A DNA stretch of 64,000 nt from Batkoa obscura (taxonomy: Eukaryota). The translations under genes and the position numbers were made by a program. The DNA is taken from NCBI GenBank assembly GCA_030770535.1, contig JASVEC010000022.1:496001-560000 (forward strand). Reading direction: 5' to 3'. Every line of letters begins with the position of its first letter. The first letter of the stretch is position 1. The notes beneath the pieces are model-generated. The model did not search any database. It was not told the origin of the DNA and saw only the letters and a list, made by a program, of their open reading frames with translations. Of the stretch, positions 63,287 through 64,000 are shown one piece after another.

Positions 63287-64000
63287 ACTAGTTTGATTTA
63301 ATACTATATAATAACCAAAAACAAATAACTACAGTATCATTTTCTATAAGTAAAAAATAGCAAAAGATACTTATAAGCTGGAAAAAAGCACTATTGAACT
63401 GAATTTATAATATAATGTTCTATATTTTCAATTGTTAATACATAAAATAAACAAATAATCTGGATAATTTTAAAAAATTTATGAATATCGTTTTAGCTTG
63501 GTATAAAATAACAGTAAAATACAATAAATTTAATTATTAATAATAAGAAAACTCAAGTTTATATTGTTAAAGTTTTAATATGTTTTAAAAAACTAAATAT
63601 TTAAATAAAATTGCTTTTATTTTATTTTTTTATCTTATATTTTAAATAATTTTCAATAAAAATTTAATATTATTTTATAGTAAAGCCAGAATTATTACTG
63701 TTTTTTATTCTATAGCTATATAAAAAAAGTTGAAAAATCAAAGTCAAAAAAAGCTAATTAAAAAAAACAAAAAATATATTTAAAAACTAAATTTATTTTT
63801 GTATATACATATCTTTTTAAAATAGCTTTTTGGCTTGTTTACTTTTTAGTTAAAATATTTTAATTTTTATAAAATTTTTAAAATTTAATATTCGAAACCT
63901 GCTTCACAATATAAAATAAGTGGTTTGATTTTTTTTTAAAACTTAGTAGTTTAAGCATTTTAATATTAGTTATAAGAAATTTAATATTTTTTTTAAATAA

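Overview
AT-rich eukaryotic DNA with many short (~41-60 nt) GT-AG introns, from a fungus. It is most likely an early-diverging, Conidiobolus-like lineage, inferred from composition, intron size and gene content. The core (10-42 kb) holds housekeeping genes: LSM12, SPT6, DUF1764, RAD6/UBC2, an aldo-keto reductase, SSN6/CYC8, an OSBP protein, intronless FKS1, V-ATPase G, FAD synthetase, pyroglutamyl peptidase, tRNA-Asp and a FYVE protein. The left flank (1-9 kb) has two intact secreted 10-Cys defensin/macin-like genes, an unannotated third dead copy, a lesioned beta-lactamase-fold hydrolase and retroelement relics. The right part (43-64 kb) has three protein-identical DOPA-4,5-dioxygenase-family genes with altered His motifs and gene-conversion-like tracts. 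It also holds a CCDC77-like (centriolar) gene missed by the ORF track, BAP31/YET3, a tandem-BRCT pseudogene, a PPR-like protein and a metacaspase. A ~100-bp MITE family has 8 copies (7 in this right part), and two solo-LTR-like elements each abut a MITE. The pseudogene lesions are mostly CpA>TpA / TpG>TpA (RIP-like). All family assignments come from manual translation and remembered motifs; no searches were run.
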